Virus record (IMG/VR): IMGVR_UViG_3300020431_000023
Span: 1 to 29,963 of that record
Source: a virus
Lineage: Duplodnaviria > Caudoviricetes
Length of the DNA stretch: 29,963 bases
Reading direction: 5' to 3' (one strand)
Shown here: positions 18,401 through 23,610 of the stretch, one piece after another
Numbering within the stretch: position 1 is the first letter of the stretch
Layout of the letters: each line of letters starts with the position of its first letter
Position numbers and translations under genes: made by a program
Notes under the pieces: model-generated
Database searches by the model: none
The model's input: only the letters and a program-made list of their open reading frames with translations
Told to the model about the DNA's origin: nothing

Positions 18401-19725
18401 ATCAAACGAATAGTCGGATCAGTTGGGTCTCCAACATACGTAATTGTGTAAAAGTTTTCATTAACGTTTGTATAAAAGCCTTCTTCCCATAAGCCTTCAT
18501 TAATATTTGCAATCATTGTTCCTGTTTCAGGAGTCAATGACAATGTTGCACCATTAAGTGTTAATGAGATTGTAAACGTAGTTGCATCTACAATGTCTTT
18601 AACATAGTAAATTGTATCAACATCTAATCCACCTAAAAGAGGATCTGCTTCAGGTACTGCTGTAAATGTAACAGTCTGATTTTGTGTTAAGTCTGCTGTT
18701 GTACCTGATGATAACTTAAGTTGTGTTGCTGTTGTTTCATTAATTGATAATGTAACTGGAGCAACAATTTGAGGAGATATTAAATTAACATCATAGTTTG
18801 CTCCAGACTCATCAAAGAATGATTGAACAAAGCCCACTTCATTTGGTTCGTCTGTTTGATAGAACATTACAGTCAAACCTTCTAAAGAAGTTAAACCGTC
18901 AATGTTTCCTACTTGACTAACTGTTAAGCCGTTGACTTCTGAAAATAGTTTTGTACTTACAACACCTACTGTGTTGTTGCCCGGGAATAAAAATTCATTT
19001 TGTGCTTCTCTACTCGGAACAGTAAATGTTACATAACCAGTACTTGCACCGTTGTTGTTAACACCAAGAACTTGTCTAGTGTCTTCTGCTCCATCTAATC
19101 CAGTTACTCCTGGTACGCCTTGTATCCAAAATTGAGTTTCTTGGTTGACTGCAAATCTATAAGACCCGCCACGTAGTAATGTCAGTGTAGGGTTAAGAGA
19201 ACCTGATGCGGCTCCTAATGCTTTAATACTATAAGCATTTGATGTGTCTGTTACAATGTAATCAGACTCTGAAAATACTGTTGCACTTGCAACTGTAACT
19301 GCTGGAGGACCGTCTGGTATCCAATAGTATTGATTGAAGTTAATTAACTTATCTAAGTCAGTAAATGAGTCCCATGAATAAAATTGACTTTTAAATAAAC
19401 GAGAGTTATCTAATGTTACTCCGCCTTTAAGTTGAAGTGCATCGATAAGTTCTGGGTATGTTAAGAAATCTTTAGCAGTTGACTGATTTGTATTTAAAAA
19501 TGCAGTACCGGGTGCTAGTTGATAATCTGTTCTTGTTTTGTTTGGCTCTGTTACATAATAATCTTTTGCGTTTACACCGTATCCAAACTTACTTCCAACA
19601 TACCCTTGCAACGTTTCTGTTTTGGGTTCGTTGACTAGTTGATCTAGTGTTGCACCTAAGAATTGTGCATTGGTAGAGGTTTTAAATATCTCAGGTAAAA
19701 ACTCTAATGTTCTGATCTTTGCCAT
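415..19725 (-). CDS. Giant 6436-aa virion structural protein; putative gp7/gpI-type baseplate wedge scaffold carrying many beta-rich repeat modules and two beta-propellers
   Basis: Uninterrupted ORF directly after the gp25- and gp6-like genes. Contains N-terminal 'FLPEIF', 'YKNLIQTKGTTNAV' (KGT at 13456-13464) and 'YINEAKPYH' (KPYH at 8797-8808), recalling the KGT and KP motifs of P2 gpI/gp7-type wedge proteins, plus 'GG.NY..PP/PG.GY..LP' repeats. Thr/Val/Gly/Tyr-rich. The CDS is certain; the gp7/gpI assignment is inference. Confidence 0.9.
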   Translation of the reverse strand: MAKIRTLEFLPEIFKTSTNAQFLGATLDQLVNEPKTETLQGYVGSKFGYGVNAKDYYVTEPNKTRTDYQLAPGTAFLNTNQSTAKDFLTYPELIDALQLKGGVTLDNSRLFKSQFYSWDSFTDLDKLINFNQYYWIPDGPPAVTVASATVFSESDYIVTDTSNAYSIKALGAASGSLNPTLTLLRGGSYRFAVNQETQFWIQGVPGVTGLDGAEDTRQVLGVNNNGASTGYVTFTVPSREAQNEFLFPGNNTVGVVSTKLFSEVNGLTVSQVGNIDGLTSLEGLTVMFYQTDEPNEVGFVQSFFDESGANYDVNLISPQIVAPVTLSINETTATQLKLSSGTTADLTQNQTVTFTAVPEADPLLGGLDVDTIYYVKDIVDATTFTISLTLNGATLSLTPETGTMIANINEGLWEEGFYTNVNENFYTITYVGDPTDPTIRLIPAGVIPTEEKITAEFGTSYIGLDFYRSLAGEITRVPYLSSLLDTLYYQDGTNANKVGSIKLIESNLTNTVNVNTDIIGQKTFTSTNGVIFTNGLKVQFNGDIVPSSYLTGEYYVQGVGESINLIPTTDLTVPEDFTGTNFIPYDSLPYSIGNFDTELFIPVNQDYITVGRNSINRNAWSRSNRWFHIDVINATADYNNDPTIVTTYATGSAKAKRPIIEFYPNLKLFDSGTIAKAPVDFIDTRTTNVFDQVANKKQYYPDIETYTSYTATIAGVTGTSTTITIPTTDIYTKFDVNMYVTDSNFALPNNTKITAIEVVGTNTVLTVEFLNSTVVGQTNVSIVGSDTTVNNYELFSGARVVFTADTNLEVRNKIYVVGFSTITFGTAPVITLTEAEDGLCLVDDQTVALRGYNYQGSTFWFNGTLWDEAQQKLTVNQAPEFDIFDKNGISLGDSTVYQGTSFLGNKLFAYGRGTGVNDAILGFPLRYSAVDNVGDISFDCSLNVDSFSYVTGTNPVTEKVNTGYVYDYSTRTKKTRELGWQTALAPSVQYQVFELEYTTGTTAEFTCDVAVIPEADDSWPRIQVYVNNVYLLDTEYTITQTDKTTTVTLNTAPAIDTPVQILILSKQTSATAYYSIPINLSNNPFNTDLEIADIGDIRSQYQDIFINNPNSTGTIFGSNNLRDLGNLVPYGTKIIQNSASLVLPSVFLRKSEHNLFNALQYNSNQYVQYKQQLVKTVNDTEWERRFDPSYILDTALEQIVSAKSENDSFFWSDMLPSQAPYKSNVYNFANALEESIYPLAQTYDFTEANYKGVLVYLTRTTSGTTTTTQLIRDVDYVVSTTAPSLTVTKDLEAGDIVTIKEYNQTYGNFVPNTPTKLGLYPKWKPEIVLDPNYSTPTYMLRGHDGSYTSLYTLDYTPATGLTDFRDQALLEFETRIYNNIKLSTIVPIEAYEVLPGFFRESTYSTEDYLKIYASQFLNWAGQNRIDYKTQTGYTSANEFSYNYFESGNKLTNTPIYQGYWRGVYEYFYGTSQPNVAPWEMLGFSQIPSWWTTRYGPAPYTKDNGVMWGDIEAGIIYNTGGTTSVTVDELKRPGLSKIIPVDDHGDLLSPFDALIGNYDANTFKRDWKVGDDAPAEFSYRRSSAYPYDLMRIFALTRPADFFNLSADLDNYKYNTEFKQYLVNDRSHLNISNIEIYGSGTAKTSYINWIVDYEKQQGVDATTEITKLLDNLDVRLVYRLAGFSDKTLLKFFVEKATPNSDNSSLLIPDESYSVLLHDNQPNDQLKFSSVIIQVVENGWKVFGNSQDQAYFTTDTPINNGKTSEVAVDDYSVKIAQDYTTETVNEQLVPYGTQFFTFQGLSQFLASYGAWLSRKGMIFDNIENGIEINWNIMIKEYLYWTQFNWEKGSLLTVNPSAQNLKIEKESDIVQPLTIEQDNFLLNQNLYPIALKDLAIERLDTKFQSKTLNAGDVMAYGQFNMSNIEHGIVFDNNTVFNDVIYNLTTGLRQNRIYLRGTKTAEWNGTVNASGFILNQDNVYEWKTAYKYAKGEIVKYKNKFFTAIRTIEPAAKFEETNWVETDYNDIQKGLLPNSATRSYESTLYYNSNTANLENDADQLSFSLIGFRPRDYLSSVNLSDITQVNVYKNLIQTKGTTNAVSAFKGTNLPTGSIDYDVYENWAILSGEFGGTLNSNFVDFRLDQAKLTGNPGTVSLTEGTPTIGAQQEVSVHNLFNYARPIDGPNILSTLQYEDPLSLYPTAGYVNYDDVKMAAYYYNDLGLRAVNSNGKQIPINEFYVRDYMWIANFKEQWRVYSIKPVARVVKVTPNTNNTTTITFDTRHGLSKLDPVSFINVAPNVNGYYLVTRINNLTEITINLSLEEPPTTLNGNGLGLSFVDQRVAQPADIKDLDLNEAEFSKNTVWVDEASDGNWGVYQKSINYSLTKNLNRADGQTFGSAVAYTPRMGYLIGDSSAGKVYRYGYNATTGNFDEDTGSLLTGATSFGTAIAYSKNLFVISEPETTADPLGTSTLRIYTLNDSVLSDDITLLQTFTSANGSGTSLAISEDQNYIFAGNPLDNNVDVYNRQRIPMNVGANIMVTGQTYIITSVGTTDFTTIGAIESKVGIVFVYNGDPEVGTGTVNQISYEAIGQIDGTAAPVNAQAGDKFGFSISVDNSADCISIGAPDTKSPTNKEKWGTNYVYSRLVQSIESQYNALPNQPQQYPLAWSTLFLSRTASDVTSSVITANASMTGYSNGDPVVFNEGGNYGTTGITPNQVYYLSDIAGSTFKLKESRSSATTLTFIDDTVSFTVLVQTEPLLVSVNGSIVDDNNYGVGGGQITSGLRYFGDIRAGDIITISSRNIQWVQTMVPDADDRVGVQLGYATDMTSYGSEVLMGAPGEIRIDGAKQTDGSVYRYTNGGGKYGSVIGTTDTALTTDRKLLINGFLVELSSGFNATQCASLINQYGITNVTASASEGKLIISIISSSLALVNEKLKLQAPNTDTFTELGFNIYTKTQVINAPHNVSRTLFGNTIKFDESDSVVISAPVSTRFLGTTFDFIDDENLDNDTIFDNNATRFVDTWDNAGAVYMYDYLANYNGSIADPGAFVYAQNLNSQDQNYGFEPQYGTALDFTNNQVVIGTPNLSFGNLEGQVTLFQNSGTAKDWILYRQSAPIVDINRIQNSQIYSAETNDTLINLDYMDPMQEKLLGVVRENIDYVNSVDPATYNSEIGGVNAGLTWGADQVGHIWFDTSKTRWINYHQNDVTYNGRFWGQVFPGSDVACYTWVKSILAPAGYTGPGTVKTGTQYSVEAELDASNTVTPCYYYWVRNTDIVNTEVNKTLSDRTLQQYISNPSRSGVAYFAPLLQNTFALYNSQSYINTTDSVFHIGYATGTNDDPSHQEFNLIKDGEPDDFLPGLPKLGPQTSTNRPEGLYDRLLDSLSGVDEVGEVVPNPYLPKAVQSGVLARPRQSFFFSRFLGLENYLEYANKVLAEYPIAETRQDATYLFASGTYYNTADYWSYINWWLPTTNPVGQYNNNTKSTVSVAIYADLAKLTVDVNTIATVEANGDGKWEMYRYDGNEVWTRIGLENGTIEFNIYLWNYALGKTGFGDNFFDTDSFDEYPSEETRFIIRALNEQIYIDELVAFRNKSLIILFEYIQSETDESQNYLPWLNKTSLVDVSHVIRELKPIQNYQQDNQEFLSGYINEAKPYHVVIKDFLFKYTGIDTFQGNITDFDLPAEWNEAEQSYISPQLVYDNVDSPSEFLPFFIWQTPAYSNWYNNYGLSLVGQTDYQITELNDYMTIGSVVAMVDNASGFPINGTIQIDKEIISYSFVDRALNILGGLQRGLNGTEPTTHLPGAKIITDLPAVVILDGGKNYIEPPKITAYIDLVKYPAPRVEAQLEAVMSVDSVISVNVINPGEGYAVLPEIRIAPAEQLFFTNADINSTLHTIKLFAPSLQTGNLIQYKDDSTSGATVTRLVDGQWYYINVLETVPTTVVALYTSFNDAVNETNRVELSAGTTDGDFALNVGAKASAVTSSSPTREINSAMRFDRTSYTSQILDWEANVFYGSFFAGSYFNSENVASSAISLQATQPPIADISASAQGAVFEVVSVANDNEVLYTTFARRVTNTVSTGNKVRLNPYDESNGELNSSGSTIGFYVGMPIKFAGATIGGIVDNTVYYVNSVLNITDFTISETSGGAVKSLTTATASSAGMSAFAGEVTDTAVLTLNYPGLLTATATEAVTNKITIPQSVIGTGGTDGFYIGVPLFFTGTMIGGIEENDVYYVTTVVDDETITISSLATPLTTTVSATTTSTNIITVADTTGISVNDPIIFNTMVDASGNKLTSYGGIASGTVYYVNEIVSLTELKIAVNVNVTPLALTTVTTGSALLTNQKDTVDLTTATGSMLMNVSLPVSPGQVDGQKFTMYNTSSYYTDINTGVLTNTLDRACYATIIGDAGEGTENRIALSDQDKGTFNFYVGMPIQFNSVPGGAGISTGVTYFLYDFSTDGDKDTYIKVDCTSTSSTGNQITCADTSSLWLNMPITFTGVGLGNIVVGTEYYVKAIVDATHFTISEIAGGTVFTLANDNGPMVGTGNPWIRLKTTQGGATQDVTITADTNTAFSLTQSPTTDAIFDIGYKLGGYRAILSNAGVGYAITNKITISGNEVGGTSPTNDVTLEVDEVDANGVITSLIVSGEPNDLTTNYYLKVTGQHTLKVYSDARMTVPVSGIGFEFGGFTTTNVTGCTSGTDSITLTSVAGFSLNDEVIFEGTVPNNTIDAITSTSYYIKSIDTGTNEVTISTNPGGSVVNVITTVSLSGLTLSKAGSYAFLPEPFYFNQSIIKYLDRVYRCVISNNDPDFIIGKWEELRSDNRILNALDRVEGYYQPSINMPGVDLDQLFTGTSYPNAVYLGNAFAPEDQFTVDTILKDEPFYPTGVSITSVLWNGTSYLASANFDKYTGVIASIEGQSWSTKQISNQVVGATDIVYGNGLYVMTTTNTATPIYRSNDGVTWTTNGWFTPYGALPYDSNPYSSTSLSIAAMALQSTAYRNNYYVSVGDDIVNSPDTYVWTERKTYDTQFAVTLYGVSSIDTTGFGGFIAVGKGKKFDYSTGVTELIDTNIIAYSYEPTGEFWQDGPSLTPNGLYGVTSNGTIAVAVGENDVKYQTDNGGDWTGINEVSVVSINEPSNQLNVTSTAGFLDADPVRVTDSFGGLTAGTTYYVDVVGSTQVEIFTDAGLTSQVTLVDAVIPLDCRLFLYDADSQTLHDVIYADSIWMTVGDNGRIQTSSNGLRWTTRTSGTTQNLNGVTYAPETDTFKVVGDNNVILESTDSGVTWTLSGVFTVEKPVYDVKGSDFTDGYGPEELVPGLVKDNLNMTVVSRPGTVWDATLYSHTGFNVVSRVVAPTTEFQVDYSFDQFVQYPLDLTVQIIDATTGLGTGLETSAYSVNWITKVITLNTPLTFAPKQSLRIDVYEVGNGNQLVKGCTDTDPIRQIAQTGFDDIYLNCNYSATFFQGSGVIRTGSHSIEVEATETIANGDTIVCVNIKDFTANDPISFQGVVFGGIAEDITYYVKSISTATNSITISESYDSSTGLAGPIKSLTDATGSMIVNIQTGTGTVWTDPLVYHNGSRLVLGKTNSISRTKASNNAITTGTTVGLSVGNRIQFAADMFGSDITPNQVYYIKTIVDNNEFTISETNGGTVVTLTDQAGISSYVTNDYAIDKQPNGIQAKLVLANPTNYVNGTDYLVYSIFGDSGDPSQYGYSVPEIQEFIGDGSTASFAMSNYNGGDNPLNAIVEVDGLRLTNTQYEVDNGANTVLFFAPPAIGAKISVLTYNNTERQYLTTQYGIAGTSGSSITTVTVTATTHTEGTFDEDTPDTETYDQDTPTIVMYDELLDTLTCADTSILTVDEPIVFSNPTIGGITAGVTYYILQIIDSTTFTISLEIGGAPVTVTTDSGSMIGTSNAITVANITNIETGQEDPLRVTQATATAATSNQITFDTTAGFVIDQQIYFQGTNFGGLVQGAVYFVASIVDSTTATIKDQTGATVTLSTATGLMVTTCGGNPTTRITTGIPHSLATDQLVVLDGIYGSVELNGNSYYVRVFDQYRFEIYTQVYNPALDAVNYPVTNISTYISGGYVWRQGTFFLVTTQATVTTASNSRITCNSTADLVVNNKVIFTQQGQVAGAAVLGGLTQGTTYYIKQILSSTQFTIGLTRNAGTAVTLTDDTGIMNVTQWEQHDVQRLWVTVNGYRLPSSKLRVGADNEVSILTEISPGDVVIMTNMIPNATPDEEIYLNAVNTTGEQSIYRANVQARTWLSQPIFPLSQVIYVGDVTRVTDNVIQNVIAPSPVNNLYSIGLTADKNILSGVTVLNNTTGNTLDTDTYEVVVENLSPILKITDGSYISAGDSLKITSLEGNVLYINGEQIKFTTINFDNNSVSGLQRGANGTGVQEYIAKYTEVFSLLSNNRLPDLYIDQSWNSYTFNTTEGDPLQISTTTPAQFLQTDIT
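1240..8120 (-). repeat. Cluster of ~14 diverged ~70-85-aa protein repeats (consensus like T.T....N.IT...T.GF.V..PI.F.G..FGGI..G..YYV..I...T.FTIS...GG....LT...G.M); further copies near 11515-11730 and 18505-18750
   Basis: Visible in the translation, e.g. GGLTQGTTYYIKQILSSTQFTIG, GGITAGVTYYILQIIDSTTFTIS, GGIAEDITYYVKSISTATNSITIS, GNIVVGTEYYVKAIVDATHFTIS, GGIVDNTVYYVNSVLNITDFTIS, GGLDVDTIYYVKDIVDATTFTIS. Repeats are protein-level; the DNA is diverged. Confidence 0.85.
3925..5125 (-). other. Asp-box/BNR-type beta-propeller domain within the giant protein
   Basis: Repeated S.DG..W motifs: SIEGQSW, SNDGVTW, SPDTYVW, TDNGGDW, SSNGLRW, STDSGVTW, each with 'L.GV.Y....VAVG' blade strands. Confidence 0.75.
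10460..12580 (-). other. FG-GAP-like seven-blade beta-propeller within the giant protein, with inserted domains
   Basis: Seven blades: FGSAVA..IGDS, FGTAIA..ISEP, SGTSLA..AGNP, FGFSIS..IGAP, LGYATD..MGAP, FGNTIK..ISAP, YGTALD..IGTP. Confidence 0.75.
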
Positions 19726-19729
19726 ATTT

Positions 19730-19737
19730 TACTTATA
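19730..19737 (-). promoter_or_regulatory. T4-late-promoter-like box TATAAGTA
   Basis: Minus strand TAA-GGT-TATAAGTA-AAAT-ATG in a 15-nt gap; 7/8 match to TATAAATA. Confidence 0.55.
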
Positions 19738-19740
19738 ACC

Positions 19741-22700
19741 TTAAGACTGCATTGTTGCAGGAGTTAATGCGGGTACGATTACTATATCTTCTGTAGTAGC
19801 CGCGTTTACAAATATTTCGTATGGTCTACATTTAATTTCATATAGATCACCGAATAGTTTTTCAGGATCATCTGAAACAAGTATAACCGAACTCACTAGT
19901 TCTCCTATTTGTTCATGTAGATACGCACTTAATTCTGTAAAGAAGAAAGTATCGCCAAAGTTCCAATTATTAATATCAAAATAACTATCCATTGCTGATA
20001 ACACTGAACTTCTAATTTCACTGTCAGATGCATTAGTTGTCTGTGCTTTTACTACTTTAATAGTTGCTCTCAATGATTGATCTGCTTTCGCACCGAACAA
20101 TGGTTTGAACGTAACACTATTTAATATGACTGAATCTGACAGCATTTTAAAATCTTGTACTTTGGGATATATTGTATTCAATTCATTAAGTGTTGGTTGA
20201 TCTGGTTTCTTAACTGTGTCAGTTGTGTCTTTGATATAATTATTAAATGCTGTGTAATATGATTGTGTAACCAAATATAGATCAACAATGTTTGTTGTTG
20301 CTGGATCGATACGAGTAGTGTTATTAGCATTATGTCTATATTGATAATCTAATCCTTGTCTACCTGACTTGACAGAATAATCTAACTGTTCAGTCATAAT
20401 ATAGTTAGGTGTAGTTATTGTAGGATCTTGCACTGACTTATAAAATTTATTGTCAGTGTATGCATAAAATAATTGTCCTACAGGGAATTCATATTTTACA
20501 ATTTCAATTTGATTTTTAGTTCCGTATGTAAAAACAATATCAGAACTAGGTACAATAAGTTGTCTTGTTAAGTTAACAGGATCTGTAATTGTTCTAAAGA
20601 ATACATACACGCCTGTGTTTGCACCGTTGTTTACAAAACCAGTAATGTCATTAAAGAAGTCTGGGTCTAAAATTAGTTGACCATTGTTAACATCAGTTGC
20701 GGCCACTTCTACTTGAAAGTCATTTACATAACCGTCTGACTCAACTGTTTGTCCTAAGATATTAACTTTAGTGTCTGCGCCTAATGGTTGTGCAGTATTA
20801 AACACTGTGTTGATACCTAACATGTTAATAAAGTCTTGTATGATTTTACCTGTAAACGGATCATATACTAATTCATCTTTATTATAAGTGAAACGAGTAT
20901 CAGCAACACTACCGAAGTAGTATGTTAACGATCTGTAAGTTACTGTGTAACGATTGTTTCCTAAACTCGTAAACTTAACAAAGTAATTTGCATTTGATGC
21001 CGCACCAATTGACCAACGTTCTTGGTTAATCAATAGTGAGTTGTTAAAGAGTAAAGTAAAGTCTTGTTGTAATTCAATTTTAAGAATTGCTTGTTGTATA
21101 ATTGTGCTTGACAATGAGTTATCAAAGACAGGAATAATTTCTGTTATTGTTACGCCGTTTGGTACATACCCGTTTACTGTAACTGGTCCCTGTCCGTTTG
21201 CAAATTTGCCTTCACCATTGTTGTTACCATCACCGACAACATTTAATATTGTTGACCATATATAAGTTTTCTCTCCACCAGTTGGTGCACCTGCTACTAA
21301 TCGATTTTCAGAATCAAAATAACTACCGACTGGAGCAACAAATTTTAATAATGCTCCTGTTGTTATATACTTTGCATTAGTTGTTGTAAATGTTCCTAGT
21401 GGTTGTGGTTGTTCTATTGTTCCAGCAAGAGAATAAAAATATCCTGTTTCACTTGAAGAATCTACTGAACTTGTTTTCCAATATAGAGTAGTGCCTCCAC
21501 CTGTGCCTGGATATGCATAACGTGTGTAATTCTGAATATAATACTGATTAGCACGATTCAATGCAAGTACAGAGGCTAAATCATCTGTAAAGAACTGAAT
21601 AATATCTGATGTGTTACTTGCTTGTAATGTTAAGAAGCCATCTGTACCATCTTGGTATAATGCTCCGTCATCTCCAAAAGAGTTTGTACTTGAATACTTG
21701 CCAGTTGGGTCAAGTAAATCTAAGTTTTTAGATACACCAATAGAACTTCTATTGATTGCTTTTGATTTAACAATAGAGTTATATAAAGTATAAGGGAAGT
21801 TTGTGTAGTCTTCTCCGTTTACCATACGATTTTGTGTGTAGTATCTTGTTGGTGCTCTTTGTTTAATTGCTGATAATGATTCTCTACCTTGTGCATTTGT
21901 TACTGATACAGGTAATGCTAAGTTCATTGTCAGAGTTTCATTTTGTCCTGTTCTGCTTACGTATGTAATAGCAACTGCTACACCATTCATTTCTGAAGGG
22001 TCGATAGTATATGTCAATGCATTACTTGATCTTACAAATGCTCTAAAGTTGCCTACAGGCATTTCTGAAAATACACCGTCGCCGAATACATAAGTTACTT
22101 CATCGTTTGCACGTGAGCCTACAGAGAAGATTTTTTTAGTGCTAGATTCTGTTTGCAAGTATGCATCTGCATAAACATTTTCTACTTGTTTCCATAGCCC
22201 TAAAGTATTATCAACTGTAGTTTGATATAACCAAGTGTCAGTTTGATTGACTCCTGCTATATCTATATTAATTGTCTGATTAGAAATCTGTTGTTGAAAG
22301 TTAAAGTTATAAGGTTGTAATGTTCCTTGTTTAAAATAGAACATAAAGCCTGTGTTAGGACTCCCAAAGCCCAACTTATCATTTCTATATAGCATGTTAA
22401 TTTGCGATGTTGGAGCAGGTGGAATCTCATAAATATAGTCTTGGTCTAATGACGTTGCACTTACTAGTTCAAAGTTCATTGATGTTCCGTCAACCTGTGT
22501 TGTAAATGGTACAATCGGTGTGCTGTTAGCAGGTATCTGTATACCATACTCACTTGTTGTTACACCTAAGATATCAGCACTGTTTCCAGGTCTTCCTATT
22601 TTTTGTGAGTCAACTAATGCCGCATTAATTACTGAATTCATTTGATCTAACCAATTACGATTAGAAGGGTCATTCCAACTAATAGGAACATTACTTAAGT

Positions 22701-23106
22701 TTACTCCGTTTGAGTCTATTACATTTTCTGATGTTCTTATAGAAGATATTTTTAAATATCCTGATGCACATGTATTTCTTTTAGGGGTATAACTAACTAA
22801 ATCAGCAAGTTTAACTACTGAGTCTCTACGTTCAGCCGTGTCAATGAAATTTTCACGTGTGTTTAAATCATTTCTAAAAGCAAGACCTTGACCCATAAAA
22901 GCCATGACATCAAGCAGAGCAATAAACTCTGAACTTTCAATATAATCGTTGTAGGTTTCAGGATAGTAAAGACGTAGATAATCGATAAAACTTTTTCTTA
23001 GTGTCTCATAATCATATGATCGGAAGTCTGCCTCACGAAAGGTTTCGTAAATTGCTTTCCAATCATTTACTCCAAAGAGTCCTGATTGCCTTGAACTTGT
23101 AGCCAT
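19741..23106 (-). CDS. gp6: Baseplate wedge protein, T4 gp6 / baseplate J-like (1121 aa from ATG 23106)
   Basis: gp6-like motifs: DYETLRKSFIDYLR, LLDVMAF, RENFIDTAERRDSVVKLADLVSYTPKR, VFGDGVF, ESLSAIKQRAPTRYYTQNRMVNGEDY. The track start at 23124 is a TTG; ATG 23106 has an AGGGA SD-like site 7 nt upstream and is preferred. Confidence 0.9.
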   Translation of the reverse strand: MATSSRQSGLFGVNDWKAIYETFREADFRSYDYETLRKSFIDYLRLYYPETYNDYIESSEFIALLDVMAFMGQGLAFRNDLNTRENFIDTAERRDSVVKLADLVSYTPKRNTCASGYLKISSIRTSENVIDSNGVNLSNVPISWNDPSNRNWLDQMNSVINAALVDSQKIGRPGNSADILGVTTSEYGIQIPANSTPIVPFTTQVDGTSMNFELVSATSLDQDYIYEIPPAPTSQINMLYRNDKLGFGSPNTGFMFYFKQGTLQPYNFNFQQQISNQTINIDIAGVNQTDTWLYQTTVDNTLGLWKQVENVYADAYLQTESSTKKIFSVGSRANDEVTYVFGDGVFSEMPVGNFRAFVRSSNALTYTIDPSEMNGVAVAITYVSRTGQNETLTMNLALPVSVTNAQGRESLSAIKQRAPTRYYTQNRMVNGEDYTNFPYTLYNSIVKSKAINRSSIGVSKNLDLLDPTGKYSSTNSFGDDGALYQDGTDGFLTLQASNTSDIIQFFTDDLASVLALNRANQYYIQNYTRYAYPGTGGGTTLYWKTSSVDSSSETGYFYSLAGTIEQPQPLGTFTTTNAKYITTGALLKFVAPVGSYFDSENRLVAGAPTGGEKTYIWSTILNVVGDGNNNGEGKFANGQGPVTVNGYVPNGVTITEIIPVFDNSLSSTIIQQAILKIELQQDFTLLFNNSLLINQERWSIGAASNANYFVKFTSLGNNRYTVTYRSLTYYFGSVADTRFTYNKDELVYDPFTGKIIQDFINMLGINTVFNTAQPLGADTKVNILGQTVESDGYVNDFQVEVAATDVNNGQLILDPDFFNDITGFVNNGANTGVYVFFRTITDPVNLTRQLIVPSSDIVFTYGTKNQIEIVKYEFPVGQLFYAYTDNKFYKSVQDPTITTPNYIMTEQLDYSVKSGRQGLDYQYRHNANNTTRIDPATTNIVDLYLVTQSYYTAFNNYIKDTTDTVKKPDQPTLNELNTIYPKVQDFKMLSDSVILNSVTFKPLFGAKADQSLRATIKVVKAQTTNASDSEIRSSVLSAMDSYFDINNWNFGDTFFFTELSAYLHEQIGELVSSVILVSDDPEKLFGDLYEIKCRPYEIFVNAATTEDIVIVPALTPATMQS

Positions 23107-23125
23107 AGTTTTTCCCTGTTTCAAG

Positions 23126-23133
23126 TATTTATC
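23126..23133 (-). promoter_or_regulatory. T4-late-promoter-like box GATAAATA
   Basis: In the gp25-gp6 gap, 19 nt upstream of ATG 23106; identical to the box at 405-412. Confidence 0.6.
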
Positions 23134-23155
23134 TTTATGGAAAAACCGAGTTTTT

Positions 23156-23605
23156 TTATGCTAGAGCGGCAGTATTAGTCTGTGAATTGAAGAATAATGC
23201 TAAATCTCCAGCATTATTGTATGGATTAATAGATAGTTGAACTTCTATTAGAATACCATTTTCTTTAGGAAAAGCACGAATTGTATTAATATCGATTCTA
23301 GGGTCTAGGCTTGCTACTCGTCTAACTTCATTTTGTATTTCTACTTGCACATCTGCTGTGTTAGGTTCAAACACAAAGTCCCATAATGTAGTACCATAAC
23401 TCGGTTGTCCGACTTTTTCGCCTTTTCTAATGTTTAAAGCATTAACTAAATCTTGTATAACAAGTTGTTCATCTACAAGTTTAAACTTTTTACCAAAAAC
23501 TATAGGGTTTGTTATGCCGTTTGCTTGATTATCGATTGCAGGAGGCGGATTAACCGTTCTAGGTTTATCTGCGTTTACTGTTGAGAATCCTACGTAAGTT
23601 GCCAT
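23156..23605 (-). CDS. gp25: Baseplate wedge / sheath-initiator protein, gp25/GPW family (149 aa)
   Basis: Family pattern LVIQDLVNALNIRKGEKVGQPSYGTTLWDFVFEP...IQNEVRRVASLDPRI; size and position between gp5-like and gp6-like genes. Confidence 0.9.
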   Translation of the reverse strand: MATYVGFSTVNADKPRTVNPPPAIDNQANGITNPIVFGKKFKLVDEQLVIQDLVNALNIRKGEKVGQPSYGTTLWDFVFEPNTADVQVEIQNEVRRVASLDPRIDINTIRAFPKENGILIEVQLSINPYNNAGDLALFFNSQTNTAALA

Positions 23606-23610
23606 AATAC

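Noticed and set aside
415-19725. Intein, intron, DGR template/variable repeat or CRISPR-like DNA repeats explaining the giant size
   Set aside because: No Hint or homing-endonuclease motifs, reverse transcriptase or near-identical DNA repeats were seen by eye; a self dot-plot would confirm.
542-21793. Short 60-80-aa ORFs overlapping the giant gene and gp6 (plus strand, and 17727..17972 minus)
   Set aside because: Fully nested in long, well-supported genes and expected by chance; no independent support.
23107-23124. N-terminal extension MKQGKT of gp6 from TTG 23124
   Set aside because: ATG 23106 has an SD-like AGGGA at proper spacing and gives an MA- start like its neighbours.
23141-23155. 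Inverted repeat AAAAAC-N3-GTTTTT after the gp25 stop
   Set aside because: The stem is nearly all A-U with a 3-nt loop, too weak to call a terminator.
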